From an uncultured Actinomycetota bacterium (GTDB lineage: Bacteria > Actinomycetota > Actinomycetes > Propionibacteriales > Propionibacteriaceae), in assembly GCA_963740925.1 (NCBI GenBank), contig CAVUFZ010000003.1:337605-401604 (forward strand): 64,000 bases of DNA, given 5' to 3'. A model generated the notes under the pieces. The model did no database searches. It worked only from the letters and a program-made list of their open reading frames with translations, and was not told the origin of the DNA. The stretch's first letter is position 1, and every line of letters begins with the position of its first letter. Positions 40,174 to 49,445 of the stretch are shown here, piece by piece. Made by a program: the position numbers and the translations under genes.

Positions 40174-41061
40174 TCAGCGAACCAGCGAGACGGCGGTGTC
40201 CACCGCTCCCGCCACGTTGTCGTCCGGTGGGTACAGCATGGTTCGCCCGACCACCAGCCCACGGACGGACGGCAGGGCCAGTGCGCGCTGCCATTTCGCG
40301 TACGTCTCATCCGGCGAACCCTCGGGATCCCCACCCAGCAACAGGGTCGGCAGTGTGGTGGCGGCCATCACCCGTTCCATCTCGGCCACCACCGGCAACT
40401 TCATCCAGGTAAAGGCGCTGGTGGTGCCCAGACCCTGGGCGATGTGCACCGACTTGATCACCGCATCGGAGCTCAGGTCGTTGACCACCTTGCCCTGTTC
40501 GTTGCGTGCCGACATGAACGGCTCGACCAACGCGATCAGCTCGGCCCGGTTCAGCTCGCTGATGACGCGGGCACAGGTCTCCATGGTGGCCACGGTGCCA
40601 GGATCGGAGAGGTCGATCCGCAACAGCATCTTGGCTCCGTCGAAGCCGGACTCGACGGTCCCGGTGACGTCGTACCCGGTCATCCGGTCGTCCAGCTCGA
40701 AGCTGGAGCCGGCCAGCCCGCCGCGGTTCATCGAGCTGAAGACGACCTTGTCCTCCAGCGCGCCGAGCAGCAGTAGGTCCTCGGCGATGTCGGCGGTGGC
40801 CAGTAGGCCGTCCACCCCCGGCCGAGCCAGCGCGGTGACCAGCCGGTCGAGCAGGTCGACACGGTCGTTCATCGCGTCCGGGCGTCCGGAAGCAGCCAAG
40901 GCGCCTCGAGCCGGGTGGTCGCAGGCGATGATCATCAATTTGCCGTCCGGCGGCACCACCTCGGCCCGACGGGCGCGTCCGGCCAGCAACTTCTTGATCC
41001 GGCGCGGATCGCGTAACCGGACCTCGTTGATATCGGCCACTGAGCCGACGAAGTCGGTCAT
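40174..41061 (-). CDS. Cgl0159-like (beta/alpha)8 protein, probable class I aldolase
   Basis: IIACDHPARG, MNRGGLAG, DGAKMLLRID, WMKLP and GLVVGR; sits between iolC and iolB. Confidence 0.75.
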   Translation of the reverse strand: MTDFVGSVADINEVRLRDPRRIKKLLAGRARRAEVVPPDGKLMIIACDHPARGALAASGRPDAMNDRVDLLDRLVTALARPGVDGLLATADIAEDLLLLGALEDKVVFSSMNRGGLAGSSFELDDRMTGYDVTGTVESGFDGAKMLLRIDLSDPGTVATMETCARVISELNRAELIALVEPFMSARNEQGKVVNDLSSDAVIKSVHIAQGLGTTSAFTWMKLPVVAEMERVMAATTLPTLLLGGDPEGSPDETYAKWQRALALPSVRGLVVGRTMLYPPDDNVAGAVDTAVSLVR

Positions 41062-42083
41062 CGCCGGCCCGCCGGCACGTGCACGGCCTGGTCGTCGGAG
41101 AGGCCGGCGTTCGGATCGCCACCGTCGAGCAGGGTGTCGATCTCGGCATCGGTGGGCATCGCCGTCGAGCACTCCAGCCGGGAGGCGACGATCGCCCCGG
41201 CGGCGTTGGCCCGCTGCAGGATGCGCTCCAGTGGCCAGCCCCGCAACAGACCGTGACACAGGGATCCGCCGAAGCTGTCCCCGGCCCCCAGACCGTTCAT
41301 CGGCTCGATCAGGATCGGCGCGGACTCGACCCGCTGTCCGTCGCGGGTCTTGGCCAGCACCCCCTTCGGCCCCTGCTTGACCACCGCCAGTTCGACCCCT
41401 GCGGCAAGCAGCGCGTCGGCGGCCCGCTCCGGCTCGGTCTCACCGACCGCGACCTCGCACTCCTCGCGGTTGCCGACGGCCACGGTGATGAAGGGCAACG
41501 CCTTCTGTACCTGCTCGGTGGCCGCTGCCGCGTCGGCCCAGAACATCGGGCGGTAGTCCAGATCGAGAACGGTGAACGGTTGACGGTCACGAGCCTGCAG
41601 CACCTCGAAGTGCGACTGCCGGCTCGGCTCCTCACTCAGACCCGAGACCGACAACCACATCAGCCTGGCGGCCCGAACGGCGTCGAAGTCGACGTCGGAG
41701 GGCGCGACCTGCAGATCCGGCGCAGTCGGCTTCCGGTAGAACCAGAGCGGGAAGTTGTCGGGCGGGAAGATCTCGCAGAACGTCACCGGCGTGGCGTACG
41801 TGGTGTTCGTGACCACGTGAGAGTCGTCCACGCCGAGATCGCGCAACTCGCGGCGGACGTAGCGACCGAACGGATCGTCGCCGACACCGGTGATGATGCC
41901 AGCCCGCTCCCCCAGCCGGGCCGCGGCCACGGCCACGTTGGCCGTGGTGCCACCGAGATATTTGCCGAACGAGGTGACGTCCTCCAGGCCGACACCGATC
42001 TGCAACGGGTAGATGTCCACCCCGGCCCGGCCGAACGTCAACACGTCCAGAGCCGTGGCTTCGGCCTGGTCAGCGTTGCTCAT
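41058..42083 (-). CDS. iolC: 5-dehydro-2-deoxygluconokinase (PfkB family)
   Basis: GRAGVDIYP, LGGTTANVAVAAARLG, LDLDYRP and NGLGAGDSFGG. Confidence 0.95.
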   Translation of the reverse strand: MSNADQAEATALDVLTFGRAGVDIYPLQIGVGLEDVTSFGKYLGGTTANVAVAAARLGERAGIITGVGDDPFGRYVRRELRDLGVDDSHVVTNTTYATPVTFCEIFPPDNFPLWFYRKPTAPDLQVAPSDVDFDAVRAARLMWLSVSGLSEEPSRQSHFEVLQARDRQPFTVLDLDYRPMFWADAAAATEQVQKALPFITVAVGNREECEVAVGETEPERAADALLAAGVELAVVKQGPKGVLAKTRDGQRVESAPILIEPMNGLGAGDSFGGSLCHGLLRGWPLERILQRANAAGAIVASRLECSTAMPTDAEIDTLLDGGDPNAGLSDDQAVHVPAGRR

Positions 42084-42165
42084 CGCTCTCCTTTGAATCG
42101 AGATCAGAATCGGGATCGAATAAAACGAGCTCGAAATGACGGATCTGAATCAGGCCCGTCGAACC

Positions 42166-42555
42166 TCACAGCTCACCGGTGAGGAACTGCGCGCGACCCA
42201 GGCCGAAGGACCAGTCATCCACTGTATTCGTACTGATCGAGACGACGAGATCCTGGGGTCGAAGTTCACACTGCGCTTCCAGCCGGAGGGCCAACTGCTC
42301 GTAGACCGCGACCTTCTGATCGCGTGACCGGCCCTGCTGAAAGATATGGATCACCGTGACCTCGCTGCTGCGGGTCAGGCCCAGGCCACTGTCGTCGGCG
42401 ATGATGTGGCCGACCGGATGCTCGGTGATGATCTGGTACCGGTCGTTCACCGGCGCCGCGAACACATCCACCATCACGTCTTGCACCACGTCCGCCAACC
42501 GTCGCAACTCGGCCGGTGACCGGCCCTGCTGAACATCGATCCGCACCAACGGCAC
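42166..42555 (-). CDS. tautomerase superfamily protein, malonate semialdehyde decarboxylase (MSAD)/IolK-like
   Basis: Pro-1 after Met removal; P.NDRYQ (Asp37), DSGLG..RS, QQGR (Gln73, Arg75) and DWSFG.GRAQFLTGEL. Confidence 0.82.
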   Translation of the reverse strand: MPLVRIDVQQGRSPAELRRLADVVQDVMVDVFAAPVNDRYQIITEHPVGHIIADDSGLGLTRSSEVTVIHIFQQGRSRDQKVAVYEQLALRLEAQCELRPQDLVVSISTNTVDDWSFGLGRAQFLTGEL

Positions 42556-42577
42556 AGCTGCCTCCCTCGACGACCCA

Positions 42578-42607
42578 ATTCTAGACTTTGTCAGGACATT
42601 AGATCAA
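42578..42607 (-). promoter_or_regulatory. iol operon promoter TTGATC-N18-TAGAAT with IolR-like box TGTCAGGACA in the spacer (42589-42598)
   Basis: Read directly upstream of the tautomerase start. Confidence 0.7.
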
Positions 42608-42679
42608 ACCAAGATCCTTCATGGTTCGGAGGCTGCGGCAGGCTCTCAGCGCTGGCGATCTGCCGCTCCGTCCGTTAGC

Positions 42680-43495
42680 TCAGCGCTGCAGCTCATGACT
42701 GAGCTCGGCGAGTTCGTCGCCGCCGGCCATCTGTCGGGTGAGTTCGTCCAGACCGACATCGGACCGCTTCTTGTCGAGCACCGCCTGGCCCAGCTTCAAG
42801 ATGATGAAGTGGTTGCCGACGAGATAGGCGTGGTGCGGGTTGTGGGTGATGAAGACCACGCCCAGGCCGGCGTCACGGGCCGCAGCGGTGTACTTCAGCA
42901 CCACCCCGGACTGCTTGACGCCGAGAGCAGCGGTGGGCTCGTCGAGGATCAACACCCTCGCTCCGAAATAGACCGCACGGGCGATGGCGACACATTGGCG
43001 CTGACCGCCGGACAGCTCGCCGATCGGCTGATCGATGTTCTTGACGACGATGCCCATCTTGCGCAGTTCTTCGTCCGCGATGCGCTTCATGTCCTTGGAC
43101 TTGAGTCCCGAGAGCGGGAACTTGCTGCCGGTCATTTCCGAGCCGAGGAAGAAGTTGCGCCACACCTCCATCAGTCCGACTACCGCCAGATCCTGGTACA
43201 CCGTGGCGATGCCGTGGGACAGCGCGTCCCGCGGGTTGCTGAAGGTCTGCGGCTTGCCGTCGATGAGCATCTCGCCCTCGTTGTGCGGATGCAAACCGGC
43301 CATGATCTTGATCAGGGTCGATTTGCCGGCCCCGTTGTCACCCAGGACGCAACTGACCTCACCCGCCTTGACGGTGAGATTGATGCCCTTCAGGGCTCGG
43401 ATGGCTCCGTAGCTCTTGCCCACGTTGCGCATCTGGATGAGCGACTCGCCATCGTGCAGTTCCGGGTCGGCGTGTTCGTGCAGCGTGTCAGTCAC
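42680..43495 (-). CDS. sugar (inositol) ABC transporter ATP-binding protein
   Basis: Walker A GDNGAGKST, LSGGQRQ and Walker B ILDEPT. Confidence 0.95.
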   Translation of the reverse strand: MTDTLHEHADPELHDGESLIQMRNVGKSYGAIRALKGINLTVKAGEVSCVLGDNGAGKSTLIKIMAGLHPHNEGEMLIDGKPQTFSNPRDALSHGIATVYQDLAVVGLMEVWRNFFLGSEMTGSKFPLSGLKSKDMKRIADEELRKMGIVVKNIDQPIGELSGGQRQCVAIARAVYFGARVLILDEPTAALGVKQSGVVLKYTAAARDAGLGVVFITHNPHHAYLVGNHFIILKLGQAVLDKKRSDVGLDELTRQMAGGDELAELSHELQR

Positions 43496-44563
43496 CTAAC
43501 CCACCTTTCTCGTCGTCGACAGTTTCTTCACGTAGAGGTTGACCAGCACGGCGAGCAGGAGCATGACGCCGAGGAAGGCCTTGAACCAGTTCGGGTCCCA
43601 GCCCGCGTAGACGATGCCGAGGTTGGTCATGCCGAAGATGAACGCCCCGATGGCGACACCCCAGGCGTTGCCGAACCCGCCCGTCATCAGCGTTCCGCCG
43701 ACCACAGCCGCGATGATGTAGAGGAATTCGTTCCCGACGCCGTTCCCGGCCTGCAGGGTGTTGAAGTTGTACAGGCTGTGCATGCCGATGAACCAGCCGA
43801 GGAACGACGTGGCCATGAAGAGCCCGATCTTCACCCGCCGGACGGGCACGCCCACGGCGCGGGCGCTGGCGGCATTGCCGCCGACGGCGTAGATCCAGTT
43901 GCCCATCCTGGTTCGCTGCAGGATGTAGCCGGACAACCCGACGAACACCAGCCACCAGATCACGGTCCCCCACACGGTGACGGGACCGACGTGGAAGCTG
44001 GAGGCGAAGATCGCGTGCAGGATGTTGTAACCGTCCATCTGGTTGATGTTGACGGTCGACACCGAGCCCGTGACCAACTTGGTCACACCGAGATTGGCTC
44101 CCTGCAGGACGAAGAAGGTGCCCAGGGTGATCAGGAAGCTCGGGATCCCTGTTCGCATCACGAGGTATCCGTTGACGAAACCGATGGCCAGGGCGAAGAC
44201 CAGGGAGAGAACGGCACCGACGATGAGGTTGATTCCCAGCTGGTAGCAGAACATCGCGTTCAGCAGACCGGCCGAGACGGGGACGACGCCGGCGGAGAGG
44301 TCGAATTCACCGCCGATCATCAGCATGCCGACCCCGACGGCCACGATGCCGATGGTCGAGGACTGATAGAGAACCGTGAAGAAGGAAGCGGGCGAACGGA
44401 AGGCCGGCGCGACGATCAGGAAGAAGATGAAGATCGCGATGGCCGCGACCAGTGCCCCGACCTCGGGGCGAGCAAGCAAACGGTTCGACAGACCAAGTGA
44501 CACCCGGTTCGATGATTCCGCCGGTGCCCCGGTGGGCGGTCGTGTCTGTACGGAATGACTCAT
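43496..44563 (-). CDS. sugar (inositol) ABC transporter permease (CUT2)
   Basis: GEFDLS, RTGIPSFLITLG, GNWIYAVGGN and AVVGGTLMTGG. Confidence 0.93.
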   Translation of the reverse strand: MSHSVQTRPPTGAPAESSNRVSLGLSNRLLARPEVGALVAAIAIFIFFLIVAPAFRSPASFFTVLYQSSTIGIVAVGVGMLMIGGEFDLSAGVVPVSAGLLNAMFCYQLGINLIVGAVLSLVFALAIGFVNGYLVMRTGIPSFLITLGTFFVLQGANLGVTKLVTGSVSTVNINQMDGYNILHAIFASSFHVGPVTVWGTVIWWLVFVGLSGYILQRTRMGNWIYAVGGNAASARAVGVPVRRVKIGLFMATSFLGWFIGMHSLYNFNTLQAGNGVGNEFLYIIAAVVGGTLMTGGFGNAWGVAIGAFIFGMTNLGIVYAGWDPNWFKAFLGVMLLLAVLVNLYVKKLSTTRKVG

Positions 44564-44635
44564 GAGTTGGCTCCGATTGACGAGGGTCGCACGGGCGGCC
44601 GGGACGCGATGGCCCCGGCCACCCGTTGCGGTGAC

Positions 44636-45631
44636 CTAGCGGGTGTTGTTCTTGGCGAACGGGAGGATGGTGTCGATGTTGGTGCTGTCGACGATGGACG
44701 GGCCGGTGAGCACGGGCTGACCGCCCCCGATGTCGTTGCCGTTCTTCTTGTACAGGTACAGCGAAGTGACGGCCATGAAACCCTGCACGTAAGGCTGCTG
44801 ATCGACCGAGAACTGGATCTGTCCGTCCTTGATCGCCTGCGCGGCGTCGACGTTCAGATCGAAGGTTGCCAGCTTGGCGCTGCTGCTCGACTGGCTGATG
44901 GCCTTGATCGCGTCGAGCGCGATCGGTGCCCCCAGCGTGACGATGTAGTCGATGGACTTGTCCTGGCTGAGCTTGGCCTGCAAGCTCGAGACCACCGAGG
45001 AGTCATCCGCCCCGTTGACCTGCAGGTTCTCGGTGTTCGAGAGGCCCTGCTTGACGCCGGCGCAGCGTGCTTCGAGCGCCACCGAACCGGAGGCCTGGAT
45101 GATGCACAGGCCGTGCTTGGCGCCTTCCGACGCCGCGCGCTTGCCGACGGTCTGCCCGGCGAGGGTCTCATCGGAGCCGAAGTACATCAGGGCTCCGACC
45201 GATTTGTACTCATCGATCCCGGAGTTGAACGCGACGACCGGGATGTTCGCCGACTTCGCGTTCTGGACCGCACCCTTGAGCGCGTCCGGCGTGGCCAGGG
45301 TGGTGGCGATGCCGTCGACCTTCGAGTCGACCGCGTTCTGGATCAGCGTGGACTGCTTGCTCGGGTCGGGGTCGTTGGAGTACTTCAGCGTGACGCCCTC
45401 GTTCTTGGCGGCCTGCTGGGCACCCGCCTTGATCTTGTCCCAGAAGGTGTCGCCGGGGGTCTCGTGGGTGACCATGGCAAAGGTGTAGCCGGAGCTGTCG
45501 CCGGCTCCCCCACTACCGCTGTTGTCGCTGGTGGAAGGAGCGGCGCCGCCGCCGCTGCACGCGGTGAGAGAAATGGCGGTTGCTGTGGCCAGGGCCAAGC
45601 CGGCCAGAAGCCGGGGACGTGGACGAATCAT
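44636..45631 (-). CDS. sugar (inositol) ABC transporter substrate-binding lipoprotein
   Basis: Lipobox SLTAC, VTHETPGDTFW and DQQPYVQG; RBS GAAAGG before ATG 45631. Confidence 0.92.
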   Translation of the reverse strand: MIRPRPRLLAGLALATATAISLTACSGGGAAPSTSDNSGSGGAGDSSGYTFAMVTHETPGDTFWDKIKAGAQQAAKNEGVTLKYSNDPDPSKQSTLIQNAVDSKVDGIATTLATPDALKGAVQNAKSANIPVVAFNSGIDEYKSVGALMYFGSDETLAGQTVGKRAASEGAKHGLCIIQASGSVALEARCAGVKQGLSNTENLQVNGADDSSVVSSLQAKLSQDKSIDYIVTLGAPIALDAIKAISQSSSSAKLATFDLNVDAAQAIKDGQIQFSVDQQPYVQGFMAVTSLYLYKKNGNDIGGGQPVLTGPSIVDSTNIDTILPFAKNNTR

Positions 45632-45879
45632 CGATGATCCTTTCGTGAGGTCGCAGGACCGCGACCGCGGGACAGGGGTGAATCCGCGAGAATGTGACCT
45701 CGCGGCCGCCACGAGCGGCCGGGGTCACGGGATCGCATGTCGGGGCCACCGAGCCGGTTGCCTTCGAGCGAACCGGCGGTCACCGACTGGCGCAGCACCG
45801 GAATCGCGATCCCGGTCAATGTCCCTGCACTCATCGATGAGCCCTCCACGTTGTCGTCGGCCGCGGTGCCGACGGGCTA

Positions 45880-45923
45880 ACTGTGATGGTGAGTTCACGC
45901 CGTGTCAAGTGTTTGTCTTAACA
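45880..45923 (-). promoter_or_regulatory. ABC operon promoter TTGACA-N17-CACAGT with IolR-like box TGTCTTAACA (45914-45923)
   Basis: -35 at 45903-45908; box lies 5 nt upstream of it, the same geometry as at 29326-29346. Confidence 0.65.
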
Positions 45924-46018
45924 TCTTGACCAATTCGTGTCTTGTCGGGGCGAACGGGTCACGCAACAATCGGACTCGGCCCGTCGGCGGCAGCAGTGAG
46001 CGAGCGTGAAGGAGCGAC

Positions 46019-47056
46019 ATGAGGATCGGGCTGGTCGGATACGGTACGGGCGGACGGCACTTCCACGCCCCGTTCATCGAGGCTGCTGACGATTGCGACC
46101 TGGTGGGCATCGTCACCCAGAACCCGGAGCGGGTGTCCCAGGCCGAAGCCGAATGGCCGTCCGTACCGGTCGTGAACTCCTTGCCCGAGCTCATCGACGC
46201 CGGTGTCGACGCGGTCGCCATCTCGACCCCGCCGGCCTCGCGCCGAGAGCTCGTGCTCGAGGCCGTGGGCCGGGGTGTGCACGTGGTGGCTGACAAGCCG
46301 TTCGCGCCGGACGCCGCTTCGGCGGTCGAATTGATCGACGCGGCCGAGGCAGCCGGCGTGGTGCTGAACGTGTTCCACAATCGGCGTTGGGACACCGACA
46401 TCCGCACCCTGGCGGCCGTTCTGGGCGAGGGCCTGGTGCTGACACCCTGGCGATTCGACTCACGATTCGACTTCGATGACCCAGCCACCCTCGAGATGGG
46501 CCCGAGTGGGGGCCTGCTGCGAGATATCGGCAGTCATCTGGTGGACCAGGCGCTCTGGCTCTTCGGCGCAGTCGATGACGTCTACGCCGATCTGGACTGG
46601 GTCGGGGAGAACGACCAGCGCACCGATGCGGGCTTTGCGCTGGTTCTGCACCATCGAGCCGGCGTCCACTCCCACCTGTCGGCCAGCAAGGTCAACGCAC
46701 TGATCTCCCGTGAACTCAGACTCCTCGGATCCGGGGGGAGCTACGTCTCGGACCAGACCGATGTCCAGGCCCAGGCGGTCTTCGCGGGCCTTCGGCCGTC
46801 TCAGGACCCGGCGGGCTGGGGGTATGAGGCTCGGCCACGGTGGGGATCGCTGACCGTTCCCGGCGCGGCACCCCTCGAGATCCCCTCCGAACAGGGGCGC
46901 TATCACGACTTCTACAGCCAGTTCGCCCGCGCTTGTGCTGGTTCGGCGGCAGAACCCGTGCCGGCCATCGAGGGACTGGCGGTGCTCGAGGTTCTTGACG
47001 CCGCACGGGCCAGCGCGGCGTCCGGTCAGGTCGTGGCCGTCGCCCACTCACGCTGA
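46019..47056 (+). CDS. Gfo/Idh/MocA oxidoreductase, IolW-like (scyllo-inositol dehydrogenase type)
   Basis: GLVGYGTGGRHFHAP, VADKPF, FHNRRWD and DIGSHLVDQ. Confidence 0.85.
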   Translation: MRIGLVGYGTGGRHFHAPFIEAADDCDLVGIVTQNPERVSQAEAEWPSVPVVNSLPELIDAGVDAVAISTPPASRRELVLEAVGRGVHVVADKPFAPDAASAVELIDAAEAAGVVLNVFHNRRWDTDIRTLAAVLGEGLVLTPWRFDSRFDFDDPATLEMGPSGGLLRDIGSHLVDQALWLFGAVDDVYADLDWVGENDQRTDAGFALVLHHRAGVHSHLSASKVNALISRELRLLGSGGSYVSDQTDVQAQAVFAGLRPSQDPAGWGYEARPRWGSLTVPGAAPLEIPSEQGRYHDFYSQFARACAGSAAEPVPAIEGLAVLEVLDAARASAASGQVVAVAHSR

Positions 47057-47071
47057 TCGCCAGCCCCCGTT

Positions 47072-47812
47072 TCAGGCGACCAGAGAGGCCTGGATGTGGT
47101 AGTCGGTGGCCCGGTAGATGTGCCGACCGGCCTCGACCACCCGGCCGGTGTCGTCATAGACCACCCGAGAGGCGGTCAGGCACGCGGCCGGGAGGGTCTC
47201 GGCCAGCAGTTCGGCTTCCGCCGGATCGAGCAGCCGGGCACCGACCTGCTGATGGGCGATGCGCAGATTGACCCCGAGTCTGCGCAGACATTCATAGAGC
47301 CCCCCCTGCTGCAACTCCTCGGCAGGAACCGCCCAACGGCTCGGCAGGTAGTTGGTCAGAATGGCCAATGGGTGCCCGTCGGCCGAGCGCAGTCGCCTGA
47401 TCCGGAGGACGCGTTCGTCCTCCGAGGCCAGCTCCTGGGGGGCGTTGCCGAGATCGACCCAGTGGTAGGCGAGCAGTTGCGTGCCCGGAGTCCGGCCGGC
47501 AGTGACCAGGTCGTCCTGCAGGCTGGTCAACCGCTCTTCGCGGCTGAAGCTCCGCGGCACCACCTGGGTACCGACACCCCGTTTGCGCACCAGCAGACCT
47601 TTACGGACCAGCTCCTGGATCGCCTGCCGCGCGGTCGGCCGTGACAGACCCAGCCGAGCGGTCAGCGACATTTCGTTCTCCAGCCGCTCTCCGGGCGCGA
47701 GCGTGCCGTCGGCAATCGCGCTCTCGATGGACTGCGCCAGTTGGTGGTAGAGCGGCACCGGCGAGCTGCGCTCGAGGGCGATCTCGAGCTGCCGGGCATC
47801 CGATCGCGACAT
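47072..47812 (-). CDS. iolR: GntR (HutC subfamily, UTRA domain) regulator, IolR-like
   Basis: SPVPLYHQL, LGLSRPTARQAI and LLVRKRGVGT followed by a UTRA domain; embedded in the iol cluster. Confidence 0.8.
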   Translation of the reverse strand: MSRSDARQLEIALERSSPVPLYHQLAQSIESAIADGTLAPGERLENEMSLTARLGLSRPTARQAIQELVRKGLLVRKRGVGTQVVPRSFSREERLTSLQDDLVTAGRTPGTQLLAYHWVDLGNAPQELASEDERVLRIRRLRSADGHPLAILTNYLPSRWAVPAEELQQGGLYECLRRLGVNLRIAHQQVGARLLDPAEAELLAETLPAACLTASRVVYDDTGRVVEAGRHIYRATDYHIQASLVA

Positions 47813-47838
47813 AGCCACAGTATGGCGCCGATGCTGCT

Positions 47839-47848
47839 TGTTCGTACA
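47839..47848. promoter_or_regulatory. IolR-like box TGTTCGTACA between gntR and usp
   Basis: TGT-N4-ACA box in an AT-rich divergent intergenic region. Confidence 0.5.
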
Positions 47849-47894
47849 TAATGACAAGACTTGTTTGTCCAACCGTCTTGATCGGAGTTCGCAG

Positions 47895-48308
47895 ATGACC
47901 GTCGCGGTAGCCCATCAGGCAGCCTCCAACGCCCGGACGATCGCGCTGCAGGAAGCAGCCCGCGAGGCGGGGGCCCGAGCCACCGATCTGGTCGTTCTGC
48001 ACGTCGTCGAAGCTCTCGATCTGGACATCGAGGCCGCCTACCGCAGCGGACTCTCCGACGAGATCGAGCAGGCACTGGCCAGCCAGGACGTCTCCTCGGT
48101 GCCGTGGACGCTGAAGCTGGCGGCCTCCACCAAGGACGATGACGTCGCTGAGCAGATCCTGCGACTGGCCGACGAAGCGAAGGCCGAGGTTCTCGTCATC
48201 GGGGCCCGACGACGATCGCCCCTCGGCAAGTTCCTGATGGGCTCAGCCACCCAGACGCTCATCCTGGAGGCCAAGATGCCCGTCGTCGTGGTCAAGGCGC
48301 CGGCCTGA
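47895..48308 (+). CDS. universal stress protein
   Basis: LVIGARRRSPLGKFLMGSATQTLILEAKMPVVVVK. Confidence 0.88.
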   Translation: MTVAVAHQAASNARTIALQEAAREAGARATDLVVLHVVEALDLDIEAAYRSGLSDEIEQALASQDVSSVPWTLKLAASTKDDDVAEQILRLADEAKAEVLVIGARRRSPLGKFLMGSATQTLILEAKMPVVVVKAPA

Positions 48309-48332
48309 GTCAGCCGAGCCCGACCGCCGATC

Positions 48333-49352
48333 GTGCCTGAGCGGGGAGGCCGAGGGGTCTCCGGTCGGGTCACGCTCGAGCAGGTGGCGCGGCACGCCGG
48401 GGTGTCCCGGGCCCTGGTCTCGATCGTGATGCGGGACGCCCCCGGGGCCAGTACGTCCACCCGTGACCGGGTGCGGGCGGCCGCGGCCGAACTGGGTTAT
48501 CGACCGGACGTGCGGGCCCGCGCGCTGGCCGGGCAGAGCTCACGCCTGATCGGGGTGATGTTCGGCGTCGGCGCCGGAACCTTCCACTTCGACCTGCTGG
48601 AAGGTCTCTACCAGGCCGCCGAGGCCCGTGATCTGAACCTGCTGTTGACCGCGGTCACGCCGCGGCGAAACGAACAGAAAGCGGCAGAATCCCTACAGGG
48701 CTTCAGTTTCGACGGGTTGATCATGCTCGGGCCGCCCACCGGGCAGCCGCTGCTGGCGGGGCGGGTGCCGGTCGTCGTCGTCGGCTGGCAGGTCGACGAT
48801 CCGGCGGTCGACGTGGTCAGAACCTCCGACACCGAGGGGATGTCGGCCGCACTGGCGCACCTGGTCGAGCTGGGACATCGCCGGATCGCCCATCTGGACG
48901 GGGGCTCGAGCGTGATCGCAAAGGCGCGTCGCGAGGCCTACGTCCAGCAGATGCAGGTCGCCGGGTTGGGGGCGAACGTAAGAGTCGTACCGGGTGGGCA
49001 GAGCCAGCTTGACGGCCAGCACGCCGCCCACACACTGCTCGGCGAACCCGACCGGCCCACGGCGCTGATCTGCTACAACGACGACACGGCCGCGGCCGCG
49101 ATCAGCGTCTTCGCCCAGCAGGGCCTACGGGTTCCCGTCGACATCTCGGTGCTCGGCTGGGACGACAACGAGGCCGCGGCCCTGGCTCCGGTGCGACTGA
49201 CCAGCGTGGCCCAGCACCCGCACGAACTGGCCCGGCTGGCGGTGGCGCGGATCGCGGCCCGGAGGCAGCACGATCTCGTCGAGCCGCGCGACGTCGTGCT
49301 GTCACCGGAGCTGCGAGTTCGCGACAGCACGTCGGCGCCGCCACCGGCCTGA
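48333..49352 (+). CDS. LacI family transcriptional regulator (start uncertain)
   Basis: VTLEQVARHAGVSRALVS, LGYRPD..AR.L, ICYNDDTA, VPVDISVLGWDD and LTSV. Confidence 0.93.
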   Translation: MPERGGRGVSGRVTLEQVARHAGVSRALVSIVMRDAPGASTSTRDRVRAAAAELGYRPDVRARALAGQSSRLIGVMFGVGAGTFHFDLLEGLYQAAEARDLNLLLTAVTPRRNEQKAAESLQGFSFDGLIMLGPPTGQPLLAGRVPVVVVGWQVDDPAVDVVRTSDTEGMSAALAHLVELGHRRIAHLDGGSSVIAKARREAYVQQMQVAGLGANVRVVPGGQSQLDGQHAAHTLLGEPDRPTALICYNDDTAAAAISVFAQQGLRVPVDISVLGWDDNEAAALAPVRLTSVAQHPHELARLAVARIAARRQHDLVEPRDVVLSPELRVRDSTSAPPPA

Positions 49353-49403
49353 TCTCGTCAGGCACGCACGGTCGAGGCGAGGGCCGGGATCGATCTCGAC
49401 CCG

Positions 49404-49445
49404 CTCGTCACAGATCAAGCACCACTCGTCACAGATCAAGCACCA
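49404..49445. repeat. perfect 21-bp tandem duplication of the P450 gene 3' end
   Basis: ctcgtcacagatcaagcacca at 49404-49424 and 49425-49445. Confidence 0.9.
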
